From NCBI RefSeq assembly GCF_011386835.1, contig NC_088813.1:9300001-9364000 (forward strand): 64,000 nucleotides of DNA, read 5' to 3'. Under the pieces are notes generated by a model that saw nothing but the letters and a program-made list of their open reading frames with translations, was not told where the DNA came from and ran no database searches. This stretch comes from Chrysemys picta bellii. Taxonomy: Eukaryota. Shown piece by piece: positions 62,554-64,000 of the stretch. A program made the translations under genes and the position numbers. How positions within the stretch are numbered: the stretch's first letter is position 1; every line of letters begins with the position of its first letter.

Positions 62554-63798
62554 CTGGAAGAGAAGGGTCCTCTTATTCCCCGCACTGGCAGCCACTTCAT
62601 TCCCCACCAAGACCAGCCCAGGGAAGCTGAAAGGACGCGAAGCCTTCACAGCTTTGCGGGGGCCGTGCAGTGTCTATCCCAGCCTGGTGCAAAGAGCAGT
62701 CCAGCTGGCAGGGAGTTGGACAGCTGAGTGGGAAGGAAACTCCGCCGGCTCATCACCTGGGGTGACCCGTTAACAAGCTCTTGACCCCCTGAGAATCTCA
62801 AGCTGGGGATGTGACCCCCTGAACCGATGCCCAGATGCCTGGGGCTCACACGCAGGCTGGAACAAGTTTTATAGTGGGAGTGCTGAAGGCAGAAGCCAGG
62901 GATTTGGGTTGTTATGACTACTTCAAGCCAGTTCCAGCACCTATGCATGCAGACAAGGGAAGAGAAGATGAGCATGGCCTGGCCAGGGTGCTAGAGTGCT
63001 GTAGGGGCACTCCCTCCCCCCAACTCCCTCCCCCCAGAGCAGCGCAGGGGCTATACCCCAGAATTACCGTAACTACTTTACACACCATGCCTAATTCACA
63101 TGCCTGCTGGTCCCACTTCCCCAGACCAAGTCCGAGGGCCCAATGGGACCGGTCCCGCTGATCTCACGCGCCCGCAACTCCCAGAGAGTCCAGTGAGTGT
63201 CTTGGGTGTGGGCCCAGTCCTTGGCTACCCTTAGTGGGTAGAGGCTGCTTCATGCCAGCACTCACTGTCCCAGCAAGCAATGTACCTACCGTGAACAGCA
63301 ATATCCCTGCCCAGGCCAGAACGAGGGAGGCCCCAGAGACTCCCTGGAGTTCCAGTTCCTACCCCCCTGCTCCCTCCCGCGCTCCCCCCACTTTCGGCTG
63401 GGGAAAACTCCCACCACACCCCAAGTGCCACTGGCTCCAGGGCAGGCCCTGGCCCTCGGGGCAGAGAAGAGACAGAACTTGGTGGGCATGGAGGCTGCTG
63501 GAGGCAGACAGCCCCCGTGGGACTCTCAGCCACTAGCTGCCAGACTAACAGTAGGATGCAGCCGCCACGCTGCCTCCCTCAGTCGGGGCCTGGCCTCTGG
63601 AGTCACGGAAAGGACAGCAAGCACCGTGAACCATGCAACGTTCACCACCTCCCCGGATTCTTGGACCAAGCACCCTGGGGTCAGGCTCGATAGCCCAGTA
63701 CCGCACTCACCGCAGGGCAGCAAAGGTGCATTTTCAGTAGCCTCCAATATAAGCGGGGGGGGGGGGGGGGGGCAGGATTAGCAGGGAAATAAACTCAC

Positions 63799-63850
63799 CC
63801 GAGTAACAGCTCCACAACAGAAGAATCGGCATCCACCTGAGGCTCGCCAT
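63799..63850 (-). CDS. Protease exon 1, signal peptide (MASLRWMPILLLWSCYS)
   Basis: cccATGG Kozak context; G|GTGAG donor. Confidence 0.78.
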
Positions 63851-64000
63851 GGGTGCAGCACATGCAGCCAGGCGCTCCCGCTTTGCAAGCCAAACCTCCC
63901 AGAAGCCCCCTAAAAAAGAGGCTGGATGTAAATCACCGGCCCTCTGTCAACCAATGGGGAACGTCGGCCCTGCCCCGTGCGTGGGTTAAAGAAATGCTAC

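Larger units (their letters stand above)
50290..63850 (-). other. 26/29-kDa-type cathepsin L-like cysteine protease gene span (papain family C1A with N-terminal extension and I29 prodomain), 11 exons, 547 aa
   Basis: join(63799-63850,62497-62553,60938-61030,59987-60159,59307-59547,56197-56398,55203-55396,53289-53380,52566-52727,51364-51553,50290-50477) = 1644 nt, open frame. Catalytic C (QAVCGSCWSF), H (LDHAV) and N (KNSW) present. AATAAA (-) at 49781-49786. Confidence 0.92.

Overview
Eukaryotic vertebrate DNA, almost certainly a turtle. The basis is the repeat content: tortoise-type tRNA/CR1-tail SINEs, CR1 LINEs, LF-SINEs, Penelope remnants and turtle-style solo LTRs and hAT MITEs. I built five protein-coding loci by hand from splice sites and reading-frame phase. 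(1) FAM76A exons 1-6, minus strand, continuing off the left edge, with a CpG-island promoter at ~9.4-9.9 kb. (2) An intronless, strongly diverged HSP70-family ORF (+, 15028-16980) with a damaged C-terminus. (3) IFI6/ISG12-family gene (+, 134 aa) with a clustered ISRE promoter and a non-coding first exon. (4) An intact 8-exon ficolin (-, 324 aa). (5) An intact 11-exon 26/29-kDa-type cathepsin L-like cysteine protease (-, 547 aa). The rest is dense in repeats: five short Penelope-derived insertions with TSDs, most carrying hammerhead-ribozyme cores; at least four solo LTRs with TSDs; hAT/Harbinger MITEs; and three large minisatellites. The most interesting points are the remodelled HSP70, the IFI6-ficolin-protease innate-immune block, an IFI6 with swapped terminal charges and a KxKxx tail, and ribozyme cores that are intact only antisense to their host genes. 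Family assignments and residue comparisons come from my recollection of reference sequences, not from database searches.
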